This document shows, in pieces, positions 12,808 through 26,800 of a DNA stretch of 64,000 bases (positions are counted from its first letter, which is position 1; every line of letters begins with the position of its first letter). Below the pieces are notes generated by a model. That model made no database searches and had not been told where the DNA came from. It was given only the letters and a program-made list of their open reading frames with translations. The translations under genes and the position numbers were made by a program. This DNA is from Octopus vulgaris (Eukaryota): NCBI GenBank assembly GCA_951406725.2, contig OX597823.1:38006001-38070000 (forward strand). Reading direction: 5' to 3'.

Positions 12808-15800
12808 CATCATCATCATATATATAAATCCAACTGCATGGTACCTTGGGGCAAGAATCTTGAGTGGATTTGGTAGATGGAAACTGAAAGAAAACCACTG
12901 TGTGTATGGGAAGTGGAGGGTAGACAGAGATTTGTGCCCTTTTGCCTTGATATTACATGCTAGTTACAAATTTGTGTCACCAACATACAAACAGTGTCTC
13001 TTGTTTTCAGCCCCTCGTATAAACACATCCAGCCTTGGAGGAAATATTACTTTGCTTGGTAACAACAGAGACACTGGCAAGAGGAAAGGCATCAGACTGC
13101 TGAAGAAATTCTACTTCAAAGAATTCCATATGACATGCAAACAGATGTTAAAGCAATGGAAATTTTGTATATATAAACAAATTCGGTTTACTGGAATATA
13201 TTGGAAGCATGTTCATATATGTGTATAGGCAGAAACAGCTAAAATACATAATAAATCATAGATACAACTTATTAAAGTAATTAGTGAGACATCAAACAAT
13301 AAAATTGCATGTATTAAACAATTTTAATTATCCTAACAAGTTACTAATGAAAATCAATCAATGAATAAGTTCAGTAAAAGTTCCATCATATAATGGAATG
13401 TAATGTCTGACCTTTGGTTGGTTTTGATTGACAGGAATATGAAGTAAATCTTGTAAACTATCATCTGGTTCAACACTATCGGTTGGACTCCTGCAGGCTT
13501 GTTCCCAGGCTTTAGCTAGAATATCATTGCTTGTTGGATTTGAGATTTTAGGAACTGTTTCATCAAAGTTTGAAAGCACTACAGGTTTATCCACACCCAC
13601 AGACTTTGCTGTATTTGGTGAACTCTCAACTTTATTATTTTCATGAGATTTCATATTCTGAGCTTCAGACATCAGTACTGCAACAGAAGAACCATTGGTG
13701 CTTGAAGACATCTGCAATGTAAATATTTGTTGTGTTAAGAGAATATCACTAAATAAAAATCAACAAAGTTACATATAAGATCAATCTTAAATAAAGAAAA
13801 TGAATCATGATTTCTATATAACATATAACACTGTTACAATATAACATAATATAACCCATAACACTTGTTATAACATCCGTCTGCCTACATTCTAATTTCA
13901 AATTAAGACATCCTTATGGATTCTACAACTGGATGCCCTTCCAGTCTTCACTTCAATGATATACCACTGCCAACATTGTCATCTCATACTTTAATTTCAA
14001 ACTGCATTAGAATCACTCTGCTTCTTTGAATAGTTGTCTAAAACCCACTCTTATTAATATGTGGTCTTTAATAATACCAGAAAATATTTAACTATTAATG
14101 TCTCAGACTGAAAAACAAACCCATATTCTAGTTCCTATGTCCTTAAGTAAAAAAAAAAGAAAAACACTGGTATATATATATATATATATTTATAATAGGT
14201 GCAGGCATGGTATCCACAAAATAGAGTCCAATATCTGCTAGTTTACAGAAATAAAGATAAGATTATCAAAAATATAAGGTGCTAGATGACAACAAAGAAA
14301 CAAAAACAATTTGAAGAAAATAATGATTATTTGGAAGAAGATGAGCTTTGCCAAAACATCAGAACTCTCTCTACTGCAGACAAACTCCTCTTCACCCTCA
14401 TACATCAATTTTCCATTCTGGTGAGCCACAGAGCCATGTCAAGTGGCAAGGCTAACTTTGGCATAGTTTCTACAGTTGGATGCCCTTCCTAACATCAACT
14501 CCTTTACAGTATGTAGTGGATGCTGTTTCTCAGGCCACCAGTATTACTGAAGTCACCAAGTTGCAGAGCAGAAAAAGAACAGGAAATGGAAAAAAGCTCC
14601 CCATGACTAGGGTGGGGGAGGAATTATTTAGGAGGGGTATGTGGCTTTATGCCAGGTCCTGAGAAGCTGAAGTATGATAGAGAGACACATAAAGGTGTCT
14701 TGCTATTGAGGAGATACAAGGCTACTCCACATTATATAAAGGTGAGTGGGAGTATCTGGAAAGAATGTAAAAATAGTAGTGACAGGGTGCTGGAGCAAAC
14801 TTACAAATTTCATCAGATTACAAGTTTATTAGTTATGTCTTAATATTCTGAACTGACAACTTTTGGTGTAATTTACCCATTTCTTTAAGGAGCTCTCCAA
14901 AAATTAACCCTATTTCTCACTACAGAATACACAGGCTGTGTGGTAAGTAGCTTGCTTACGAACCACATGGTTCAGTTCTACTGCGTGGCACCTTGGGCAA
15001 GTATCTTCTACTATAGCCTCAGGCCGACCAAAGTTTTATGAGTAGATTTGGTAGACAGAAACTGAAAGAAGCCCATCGTATATTTGTATATGTATGTGTG
15101 TGTGTGTATATGTTTGTGTGTCTGTGTTTGTCCGCTCAACATCGCTTGACAACCGATACTGGTGTGTTTATGTCCCCGTAACTTAGCGGTTCGGCAAAAG
15201 AGACTGATAGAATAAGTACTAGGCTTACAAAGAATAAGTCCTGGGGTCGATTTGCTTGACTAAAAGGTGGTGCTCCAGCATGGCTACAGTCAAATGACTG
15301 AAACAAGCAAAAGACTGAGCAGACCTAAATTATTTTTTTAAAATATTTAAACAATTAAACATTTTATGAAGGTTTGCTTACTTTGTTTGGAGAATTGTGC
15401 TTTGTTAATAAATTTGATGAAGCTGGAGATCTGACAGACAAATTATTTTCATCTTTGCAAACATCTGCAGAATGATCCTTGTGGTCAAGCTTTGTATCTC
15501 CTAACAGAATCAGAGGTTCTTCAGGTTTAGATTCTTTGTCAGGGTCACTTAGATGAAATGGCTCTGAGATTTTGGCACGTACATGTTTCAGTTTTCCAGT
15601 TGTCTTAAAATACAATTTACCATCTTTGACCTGAAAAAGAGATTTGTGTATTTTTATATAAATGCACACACATGCTCATAGCATAACATAGAGCTGCTAG
15701 AGACAAAAAAAACATCAAGAGAAAGATCCAATGTCTAAAATGTTTATTTACTACCATCAAATCTTAAATTCAACTATTGAAAAGAATGATACTGTTATTT

Positions 15801-18800
15801 CCAGCAAGACAATATTCTAACAGGAAAATAGTTAAACAAAGAAGCAGGGTTTGAAGATAAATGGACTGGAAAATTTTTATTACAGTTCTATACATGTTAC
15901 TAAATATTTTTTTAACTTATTCTCATATAACATTTTATAAAGTGTCCATTGGGGCATACAAAATTTATGGTTAACTCAACAAGACAGAAACAAAAATTAA
16001 AATTTCTTAGGTATAATTCATCACACATTCCCCATCTTTTTCTCACACATACAGTAGCTTCTTTCCTAAAACTGATTTTATATAAACAATACTGAAGCAA
16101 GTTTTCTTTAATATTTCAGATTTAATAATGAATAATAACCTAAGATTTCAATGATATTTTTTAAAAGAAATGCATTTGGTATAATACAAATGAGGAGTGT
16201 AAACTGATGTTTCAGTATTTCTTAGTGCATGTTAGACAGCAATAATGAAAGTGATTTCCAGGAAGAGAATGTAATAAAAACTTTTTAAATATTTCATTTC
16301 AAAACTATTCAGGAGAAACTAAACCCAATCATCTTTATCACTCAAAACCCATTGTTGTACTTTTGTTTATAGCAATTCTAGTGATCCATATAATAATGGC
16401 AAACACTAATAACTACACAAAATATAAACAAAAGAAAAAGGAGGACAACTTGGACAAAATTAGTATCTTCTTATCATCATCATTTAACGTCCAATTTCTA
16501 TGCTGGTATGAGTCAGACAGTTTGGCTGAAAACTAGTGAGATGGGGAGCTACACTAGGTTCCAACCTGGTTTGGCATTGTTTCTACAGCTGGATGCTCTT
16601 CGTAACACCAACCACTTCAAGAGTGTAGTGGGTGCTTTTTACATGCCACTGGTATGACACTGGCATTGGCCATGATGTGCCTGAACAATGCTTTTTACTT
16701 ATCACTGGTACGGGTGCAAGTGAACCAGCACTGGCATCAGCCATAGCAACAATTTCACTTGGCTTGACAGGTCTTCTGAAGCACGGCACATCACTCAAAG
16801 TCTGAGGGGTGATTTTTACATGCCAGTTACACGACACTGCCATCAGCCATGACTACAATCTCACTTGGCTTGATGGGTTTTAAAATAATGAGTATTTAGC
16901 AATTATATCATTCAAATTACAACTCTTTCATGTGATAATAGTTAAATGAAATGTATTTTTATATTACAGATTTTAGATTTAATTAGAGTAGTTTTGAGAA
17001 AGAAATTCTACTACCAGCTTTCAAAAAGAACCATTCATCAAGTTTTGTGTTTGAGACACTGCTTTAATGTATCAATCAATAAAAGAAGGTTAAGGGTTGC
17101 TTTTTTTCTATTTAGATTGAGCAGAACAAGCTGGGAAGACTGAGTAACAAACACTGCAATACAATAAAATCTGAAAGTGCAAAGATACATATTGTTGCGA
17201 ATCAAATCCACAATGATATCATATTGTGGACATACAATGCACTACAGTTCGTTAGCCAAAACTATCTTGACAGGATGTATTGAGGGGAAAAGAGCAAGAG
17301 AAGTTATCAAAGACATTTGTGGTGATGACAGCAAAGAATAGACTGAAAACAAGATTGTATAAATTAAATATCAAACAGAAGGAATTGAAAAGTCTTGGAA
17401 AGCTGACACCTGGTTAATGACAATAGTTGTTTTATGAAATGAGTCTCAATTCTCAAATTTTACTCATTGAACTGCTCCTTACTCCTGGATAAAATTAAAG
17501 ATGAGTGTAGCTACTGGAAGAATTAATAAACAGATTAGTTGTGAAATGATTCAATAAACTTACTGTCAAACCACAAAGAGAACAATGTGACATTCGTTTA
17601 CTCTTTGTTTTCTTTTTATTTAATCCATCGGTGGGTAATTTCTCTTTGTCTTTGTGACACTGACATGGACAACCTGGCATTCCATACTGGTTAGCAGCAT
17701 CAGGTAACTCAACATCCTCATAACCCATTAACTTATTCTTCATCTCAGACTCTCCACCTTCAAGAGTGACTTCTTCAAAGTCTTCAGGTTGACTATAAAA
17801 CATTAAAATAGATATAAACAATAAATATATGTGTGTGTGAAAATATATATATATACACACATATATATAACAACACATGAGGGAGTACAGTACTAGAACA
17901 CTTGCAAAATGCCTTTTAATGCCTCCATTGTATTTTTTCTTCACCTCTTCCACATCTGCAAATTCCAAAGCACTAGCTTTCATCACCAGTGATGACCTTC
18001 AAAAAAAAGGTCCAGATCAACTTCCAGCTGTTCTTTCAGTTCATGACACTCATTCAGTCGTGACTGTTTTCGATCTTCCGTGCGCAATCAAGGTACAAAT
18101 TTTGCTGCAACTCTTTTCATTCACAATTCCTCACTCAAAATTTTTTGACAGGAGCTTCAGGACACACCAGTCATATTAACAAGATTAATTGTTCGATGAT
18201 GGTCCTCCAAGATCAGTTCATGAATTTTCATGATGTTTTCATTCATTCAGGAGGTCAATGGTTACCCTGAACAAGGTTGGTCCTCAACCAACAAGTGACC
18301 ACTCCTAAAGCATGAAAACCACTCGTAAATTTGTGTTTTGCTCATGGCAGCAGCCTTGTAAGATGTTTGAAGCCATGCCTTACCAATTATTTGGTAGGTT
18401 CACTGCTGTTGTTGCCATGTGAAAAGCACAGGGTACATACAGTAAAATGGTTGGAATTGGGAAGGGCTTCCAGACATAGAAACCATGCCAGCTCCAGTCA
18501 AATCATCCAACTTGTGCCAGCATGGAAGGAGGACACTAACTAGTGATAAGTGTACAGACACACAAAGAGAAATATATGTATGTGTATATGTTTGGAGAGC
18601 GAGTTTGCATTTCTCAAGTCTACACGTGTTCATTTACTGGTTCATAAACAATGGCTTTGCTAATGATGTCATTTGCTTAAGTCCACTCTGAAAGCAGGTC
18701 CAGGCTTCTGGACATGTCTTGAGATGTTGCAGGATCTTCACAAGTAAAGATGCTTGTTTTGATGGCATTTGTTTCCAGTTGTTTACATTAACACATCCAG

Positions 18801-21800
18801 ATTGTTTCATAGACTCGAAGAATATTACTTTGGAAACAGGCGGGGTTGGTGACAGGTAAGGACATCCTAGCCATAGAATGCGCTACCCTAACAAACTATT
18901 GGCTGTCCTACATGCAGGCATGGGAAAGCACACATTATAAAAAATGATGATACTGAGATTAACTAAGTAACATGAGATTGTATTGATATTCAGGTTGTTG
19001 ATCTTTATCAAAATACAGGCAACAGGGGTTGGGTGTAGTCTTCTCATGTCTCCACCATGTCAGCTCATGTCGAACTGTCCAAACCATGCCAGGATAAAAA
19101 ATGGACGTTAAATGACGATGATGATGGAATTATTGAAACTAAGAACTAGACTGCATCAGGTTTCACTGTCTACTTTGGCATGAGTTTTATGGCTGGATAC
19201 CCCTACCTAATGTCAACCGCTTTTTAGCATGCACTGGATGTTATTTTCATGCGACCCTCACTTTATAGTAGGAGATAAAGAGTTAAAGCATGAGAAAAGG
19301 AGCCAGACAAGAATAGGTTTCTTATAGAGGGTCTAAATGACTACTTGCATTTTAGAAGAGAGGATGGGAGTAATCAAGGATGGAGCTGGAAAGAGAGAGA
19401 GTGGTGATGATAGGTCTGAAAAGCCACTACCACTGGAAAGCCTGCCATGGCCTGTGTCAGTTCTTATTTGGAATTATTGTTGCCTCAAAAGACCAAGCCA
19501 CACTTGTAGCTTTCACTTTGGAGTTGATGGCCATAGTTCAGATTCTGTTCTAAACACCAACCACTTCACAAATTATACTCAAGCCACAGTACTAAAGCAG
19601 TTATCAGGTCTAAGACTAGATTAAAGGTCTTCTCAACCCTGCATTGTCTCCACTTGTTTCCCAACTACTTTACTAAGTGCACTGGGTCCCTGTATATTGT
19701 GGAGCCAGAAGTAGTAAGGTTGCCTTAGACTATGTTGCAATGTCTCCATTTACTCAAAACAATATAATTGACACAGTGAATATCAGGGAATACAATAGCA
19801 GAAGAACCAAGATGAGTGGGTGAAGGAAACAAAATCATGGGTGAGGGTTAATAGAGTGATTTGGGATGAAAGTGTAGTAGAGGGAGGGGAGAAAATGACG
19901 AAGATGGAAAGTCAGTAGAAATAATGATTTCAAATTTTGGCACAAAGCCAGCAATTTCAGGGGAGGGGATAAGTCGAGTCAATTCCATCGACGACCCCAG
20001 GGTTCAACTTGTAATTATTTTATCACCCTTGAAAGGATAAAAACAAGGTTGACCCTAGCAGCATTTGAACTCAGAACATAAAGTCAGATAAAATGCTGCT
20101 ACACATTTTGCCCACTGTGCTACCAATTCTACCTGCTTGCAGCCTTAGTTTGTATTACATTACAATGAATGTCTTCTGTTATTTCATCTTGTTTGTCCAT
20201 GTTTCCAGTGTAACATTAAATAGCTTCAATTATTTCATTTTATTCCTCCATGTTCACAGTTAAAATTCTATCAAGCTTGATTGTATTATTTATCTATTTG
20301 ATGGTGATAAAACAAATACTTGTATATAAATTGTTGTTTTTGTTATTGTTTAACCACTGGTCAACTCAGATTAATAAGAAAAATTACCAAAGGAGTTGAT
20401 TATTCTATCTGCTCCCAAGGACCAAAATGACTTTTCCTAAGATGACAAGACATAAACTGAAGGCAATTTGGCTGCTATTTCTTGCAAATCTACTACCCCA
20501 TTAGATGCAGCCTGCAAGTAGCTATGGCCTACTTCTTTAAAATCATTTGACAAAATGAAACCAATTAGAGAGAACATACAAACCTTTCTGGAGGTGGTTG
20601 AAATCCAAATAACCCTGAGAATTCGGCCAAAAGTTCATCTTGTCCCTTAAACATTGGCAGTAACATTTCATGAAGTTCTTCTTCCTTGTGCGTCACCTTC
20701 CTCTGCCATTCCGCAAAGATTCTTAGAACCTTTAGGTACTGACTAGGATGTTTCTCAAAAATAATCTGCAGAAACAATAACAACAGTAAACAATCTAAAA
20801 CTTAGAGAGTGTTTCAAATATATTAAAGCTATATCACATTTCTATCATGTAAGCCACCCCAGCATTCTAATTAATTATCAGTACAATACAGAGTTTGAAG
20901 TGGTAAAGTAAAATATCAATATATTATGTCGCTGCTATTAAAATATTATATCGGTATTATTAATACTAGTCGTACCCATGGAAATTCCACAATTATTTTG
21001 AAAACAGTTTGAACAAATTGTAGATTTTTCTGAAATACTGATTCTTGAGAAAATCTACATAGGCAGTATTGAAGGGGTAATCAATCAATCTATCTATCTA
21101 TCTACCTCCCTACATATCTAACTATCATCTATCTACCTACAGACCTACTTATGTACCTAGTATATTATGTTGATAACACTCAATACTATGTTAGTATTGA
21201 CTTTCTGAAATCTCACATCATTATTCATGATATAGTTAGAGTTGACTGAAAATATAACTGGACCTTCTTGGGCCACATGTGGATATTATAAGATCCAAAT
21301 TTTAAAAAAATATTAATATAAATGAATTATACAACTACTGAATAATGCTTTTTTTCTCATTTGTACATCCTAACTTACACATCCTTCTCTAGGACAATAC
21401 ATGAGAGACTGTACTGGTTCGTCCTCATCATATGATCTATACCCCACTTCCCACTCACTTCAAATCATAAATATATAATATATGTATGTAAACAAAGTTA
21501 GTCTGTTTATATGCAACTGGTGTAACATTTCCAGCTTATGCTAAATTATAAGAGAGTGGCAAAGTATCAAAGAAAGAGTCAAAAAATTGATAAGAATTTT
21601 TTTTAAATAAGAACATTTTCAAATGAAATAATGAAAAACAAACTTCTTATGTCACTGCCCCATATAGTTGCAACATTTTCCATAAGAGATGAAAAATAGC
21701 ACCTAATAAAATTGTTTATATCAAAGAGAATTTTGAGGAGAAATGGAAAAGTGAAATGGAAGTAGGGGGGAAAAAATGACAAAAAGTTGAAATGTGAAGA

Positions 21801-23833
21801 CAAAAGAAAATAAAGTGAAGATGGTGAGGATGAAAGAGAATTACCTCAATTTTACGTAAGAAGTTGCGAGCCCTAAGAAAGTCTACTGTAGTTTTGTAAC
21901 AGCCACAGAGGAGAGCATGTTCTGGAGAGAGGAACGCTGCAAAGTCATGTACAAGTTCAGGATAGTCCTTCATTAAATATGACAGGCTTTTGTACAGCTG
22001 CAAAAGAAAAGATGAATTTACTAAGTTTTGGCAAAATATCATAGGTTCTTATATATGCTGAGGGCAGAGAATTTTTCAAGTGAATAGAGGGACAGGATTT
22101 TGTGATGTTCATACTTTTCCTAAAACTGTTATCAATGCAAATGACACAAAATAGTTCCAGTAATAGAGTTAACTTGCTAGGAACATATATCCAGACTATC
22201 AATGGTTAACATATTCCATCAAAAATAATTAAAATTTTTTATATATATATACACACACACATACACACATACAAAATCACTATCATTCAACATTCATGTT
22301 TTGCGCTCATATGGGATGGACAGAAACCAACAAGCCAGAGGACTATGTTGAGCTCCAGTGTCTGCTTTGGTATGGTTTCTATGGTTAGATGCCCTAACAT
22401 CAGCCACTTACAGAACATACTGGGTGCTTTTTTTCATGGCACCAGCACTAGTGAAGTCATCAAGTAACCTGCAAAACAAGATCCCCTCATAATGAAGGAG
22501 TGCAGTAGAGAAGTGTTTTATGTTTGGTGTTAAAAGGCTGAAGTATGATGGAGGAACAGAAACAGGTGTCTTGCTGTAGGAGAGATATCTACCCCAGCAG
22601 GAAACTGAGAAAAGATGATGGTGATGAGGTATCAGGACATACACTCAAGATATAAGAAGGTGTTTTTAAGAGTGAATAGGGACAGAGGAACAAGGAAGGG
22701 TGAATAGGTAGGTAGGTTTGTGAGAGTGTAAAAAGAGAAAGATAGTCAGAGGTTAGGGTTAGAGAAAGATAGAGGTAGGGATAGGGGTGAATGCATAGAG
22801 TAATGAACATGGGTGGAATTGAGTTAATGGCAAATTTCAGTTTGGGGCTACAGGTAAAAGGAAATAGGAGTGGGTCAGGGAGGAGTAGATAAGAAGCAGT
22901 AGATAAAGAGGGAATGAAGAGTAACAGTATAATCATGTGGTGATAAGATAGTATGGATAATTTTTATTGATTAACTCTGGGAAATAGCTCATAATTAGAA
23001 TTTATTCATGCATGTATAGCTTTGTATGTTTAGGTGTATCATCTTCAGGTCAAAGAGTTTCACAAAAGAATGTAGTAAGGTTGTTAGTCAGCAGAACTGT
23101 TACATGGTTTGGTTGTTGTAAGTTTTATTTACATATTAAAGGGATGTTTACCTTTTGTTTTGAGAATGTGAATATTAAATCCTAGAATTCATTCCAGTGT
23201 TTTAACCTCAGTAGTTAGGTGTGATTTGTTGGTATGTTAGCTTTTAGGAGATTGGCAATTAAGGGTTCACAAAAGAATATAGATAGGTGGTGAGGGTTAT
23301 TTGGATTGCACAAAGCCAAGGTAAACTTAAATGATTTACAGTCTGATAATGGCTTAGCTTGCCAAAACTTCAAAGTCACTATCATTAGTATTCTTGTTAA
23401 AGAATAAATAAATAAATATAAGCAGGATAAGAGGAGACATACAGAACAGAGAGTCACTAATGAAATCATAGGGTATGTGATGAAAGGACTTTGATAGATG
23501 CATAAACTAAGAGTAATATGAATAAAAACTAAAATGAAGATCAAATAAATAGTGTGTGTATTTAATTACTCACCCACACACACACACAACCACCAAAAAA
23601 ACTGACCATACAGAACATACACTTGTCATGTTAGTTCAAGAAAAATAACCATTAGATCTATTATCCATTCCCAAGAACTCAATTAACCAAAGACTATTGA
23701 GACACTAACAGAAGAATGCAGTGGATATGACACTTACAAACCTTGACCTGATAGACCACTCCTTTAATCACTTGGCTAGTTTTTTCATCATTGGGAGATA
23801 CACATGCCCTCACATATACCTACATACACATCA

Positions 23834-23870
<37 letters not shown>

Positions 23871-26800
23871 TTTCATATTTCCTTCTCACCTACACATGCA
23901 TTTCACTCACTGGTTGTAAATAATGGCTTCACTAAAGATGTTATTTGCTTGAAGCCCAATATGAAAACAGGTGGGAGTTGGCAACAGGAAGGGCATCCTG
24001 CTGTAGAAATCTCTGCTCCAACATGATCTCATGTGATCCATGCAAACAGGGAAAAATAGATGTTAAAAAATGGTGATGATGAAATACATATGGAGACACA
24101 CACACACACATATATATATATATAGACACACGCAAAGGTATACATCTCAAGTCAAGCTCAATATATAGTAGTTGTATTAAATTGTTGGTGAAGACAGTTT
24201 AGTTATTAGGTTTTTCAATAATGAGTGAAAACAGGGCTTACTACAACAGGTGAATAATCACTCTTGCCAAATTCAAACAAAATCCTGAGGAATTGTTCAT
24301 AGCGCTCTATGTCAGTTTTCAAAGTTTCTTTGACCTTATTCAGATAAGCCAAAGCAAAAATGGTGTCTCGGTGATCTCTCTGAAACAAAGACAACAATAC
24401 ATATATTGTACAGGGTTATAAGGATCAAAAAATGATTTCACCCTACATTTTACAAAACACATACATATTACAATAATACTTTCTATCATAGGCACAAGGC
24501 CTGAAATTTGGAGGAGGGGGATAGTCGATTACATCAACCCCAGTATTCAACTGGTACTTAATTTATCGACTCTAAAAGGATGAAAGGTAAAGTCGACCTC
24601 AGCAGAATTTGAACTCAGAACATAGTGATGGGCAAAATACGACTAAGCATTTCGTCCATTGTGCTAACGATTCTGCTAGCTTGCCGCCTTATACATATTA
24701 CGGTAATATACAAGGAATGACAGTCTCAAATACAGGCAGTGCTATTGTGTAACCCAAGGTCAGTCCTGATCAAGCAGACTTTTGATAAAAGACATTCCAG
24801 TCATGACCCTCCTTCCTGTAAATTCAAGATTATGTTGTCCACTGAATGCTTTCTTTTTTAAAATGTTAAGATTTCTATTTCTAGCAGGTGTAGTGACTAT
24901 ACAGTATACATCTACAACTTGGTGTTATTCTACTAAAATATTTCCTGTGTGTGTGTCTTAATGGGAAGTCTTTGTGGAAAATTTGAATTTTTACAATTCT
25001 TTTTATACACGGAAGTCAAACCAAACAATGATAGATAATTTAAGAGCAGAATTTGTTTGTCTGACCAGCATCTGAAGTTGACTATTAATGTGAATATAGC
25101 TTTGACAATCATAGCTTTTGTTTAGAATTACAAGCTTTACGACAGCCACTGTTACACTCAGCAAACAAGAATAGCTACACTTGGTAAACAGTCAGGTCTA
25201 TGCCCAGTGAACAACTAAGATACACTTAGATCTGTAACATAAAGGAAGCATTCCTTTTTATTTCAATGTACAAGTTAATGTTGTCTGCATATTTTAACAC
25301 AGTAATTTAACACATGCTGCTTCAAGTTGGCATGTATTTCATTAATGCATGCAATAAATTACAGGAAACCAAGAACAGATCCTGCAGGACATCAATGTCA
25401 TCACATAAGGTATGACGGAGAGAGAGAGAGAGAGAATTTAATGTCCACTTTTTCACGCTTCCAAGCTTCTTAATCACACATATGTTGAAAATGGATGCTG
25501 CAATTAATTTTGGAAAAAGATAGAATCATCAAGATTAGAAGAGAATCAGAATTCAATGTAATAATAGGAATACTATTTTAAACTGGCATTTCCAGCATCA
25601 CACAGTTTAATAACTCACCCGAGGGTCTTTTTCAATTAAATTTGGTGCCAACATCGCAAGTTTGATGTCATTCCGTTTCTGTGCTTTGGTTCGTGTATCT
25701 TTACTCCTTTTCTGATGACAGCTGAAGTATAAATAAAGAGGGTGAAAAAATGAAAATATTTGAGAAAGGACAGAATTTCTAAGGTCATTTTAATCCTTAG
25801 TTTGGGAGAAAAAAAAAGGATAGACTGAAAATATACAGGTGGTCTGGAAAGAGGAGGTGAGAGAGACAAGAATAGACCATAGTGAAAGAGAAGAATAACA
25901 AAGAAATGCGAAGGTAAAGGAAATAATTAAAATGTAAAAAAGAGAAAGATAAAAATAGTGAGAGATACAGTAACAATCATACATGATGTGAAGGAATTAT
26001 AATAGATATCATCATCATTATTTAAGATCTGTTTTCCATCCTCGCATGGGGTGGATGGTTTGATACAATTCAACAAGTCACAGGGCCACAATGAGCTCTA
26101 ATGTCTGCTTTGGCATGGATTCTACAACTGGATGCCCACCACTTTGCATGTGCCACCAACACTGGTGAGGATTACCTAGTAACTTGCAAGACAAGAAAAA
26201 GCAGGAAAAGCCACCTCAACTAAGTAAAGGATTGATTGAGATTAGCAGAACCTGTGGAAATACTATGGAAATAAGTCAGCACATTTGAAAAAAATTATGC
26301 TAGTATATTGAACAGAAGCAAGAAATTTCAAAAAAATTTTTTGATATCTTGCCACCGAACCAAAAGAGTGCTTTTAAATATAATTACCTCCTTGTAATAC
26401 ATTTGACATATGATGTGCTATATAGTGTAACCCTTTAGCATTTAAATCGGCCATATCTGGCCACAATATACTATCTGTTTTATGTAGGTTGACATTTTTT
26501 ACGTTGCATTTTCGCATTCACCAGCATGTATAAGTGATAAAAGTGGTTTTCAGTTATTTCAATTCCTATTTCCAGCAATGCTGGTACTTTCTTTTTAGCC
26601 TTCATTATTATACATATATACAGGGGTTGGACAAAATAATGGAAACACCTAAAAATTTCAAACAAATTTATTTTAATATGGAATAGGACAGCCTTTGGCA
26701 GTAATTACAGCTTGAATTCTACAAGGTATGGATTTGTACAAATTCTGAATTGTTTCCAAAGGAATTTTTGTCCATTCTTCAGCTAAAACAGTCTCCAGTT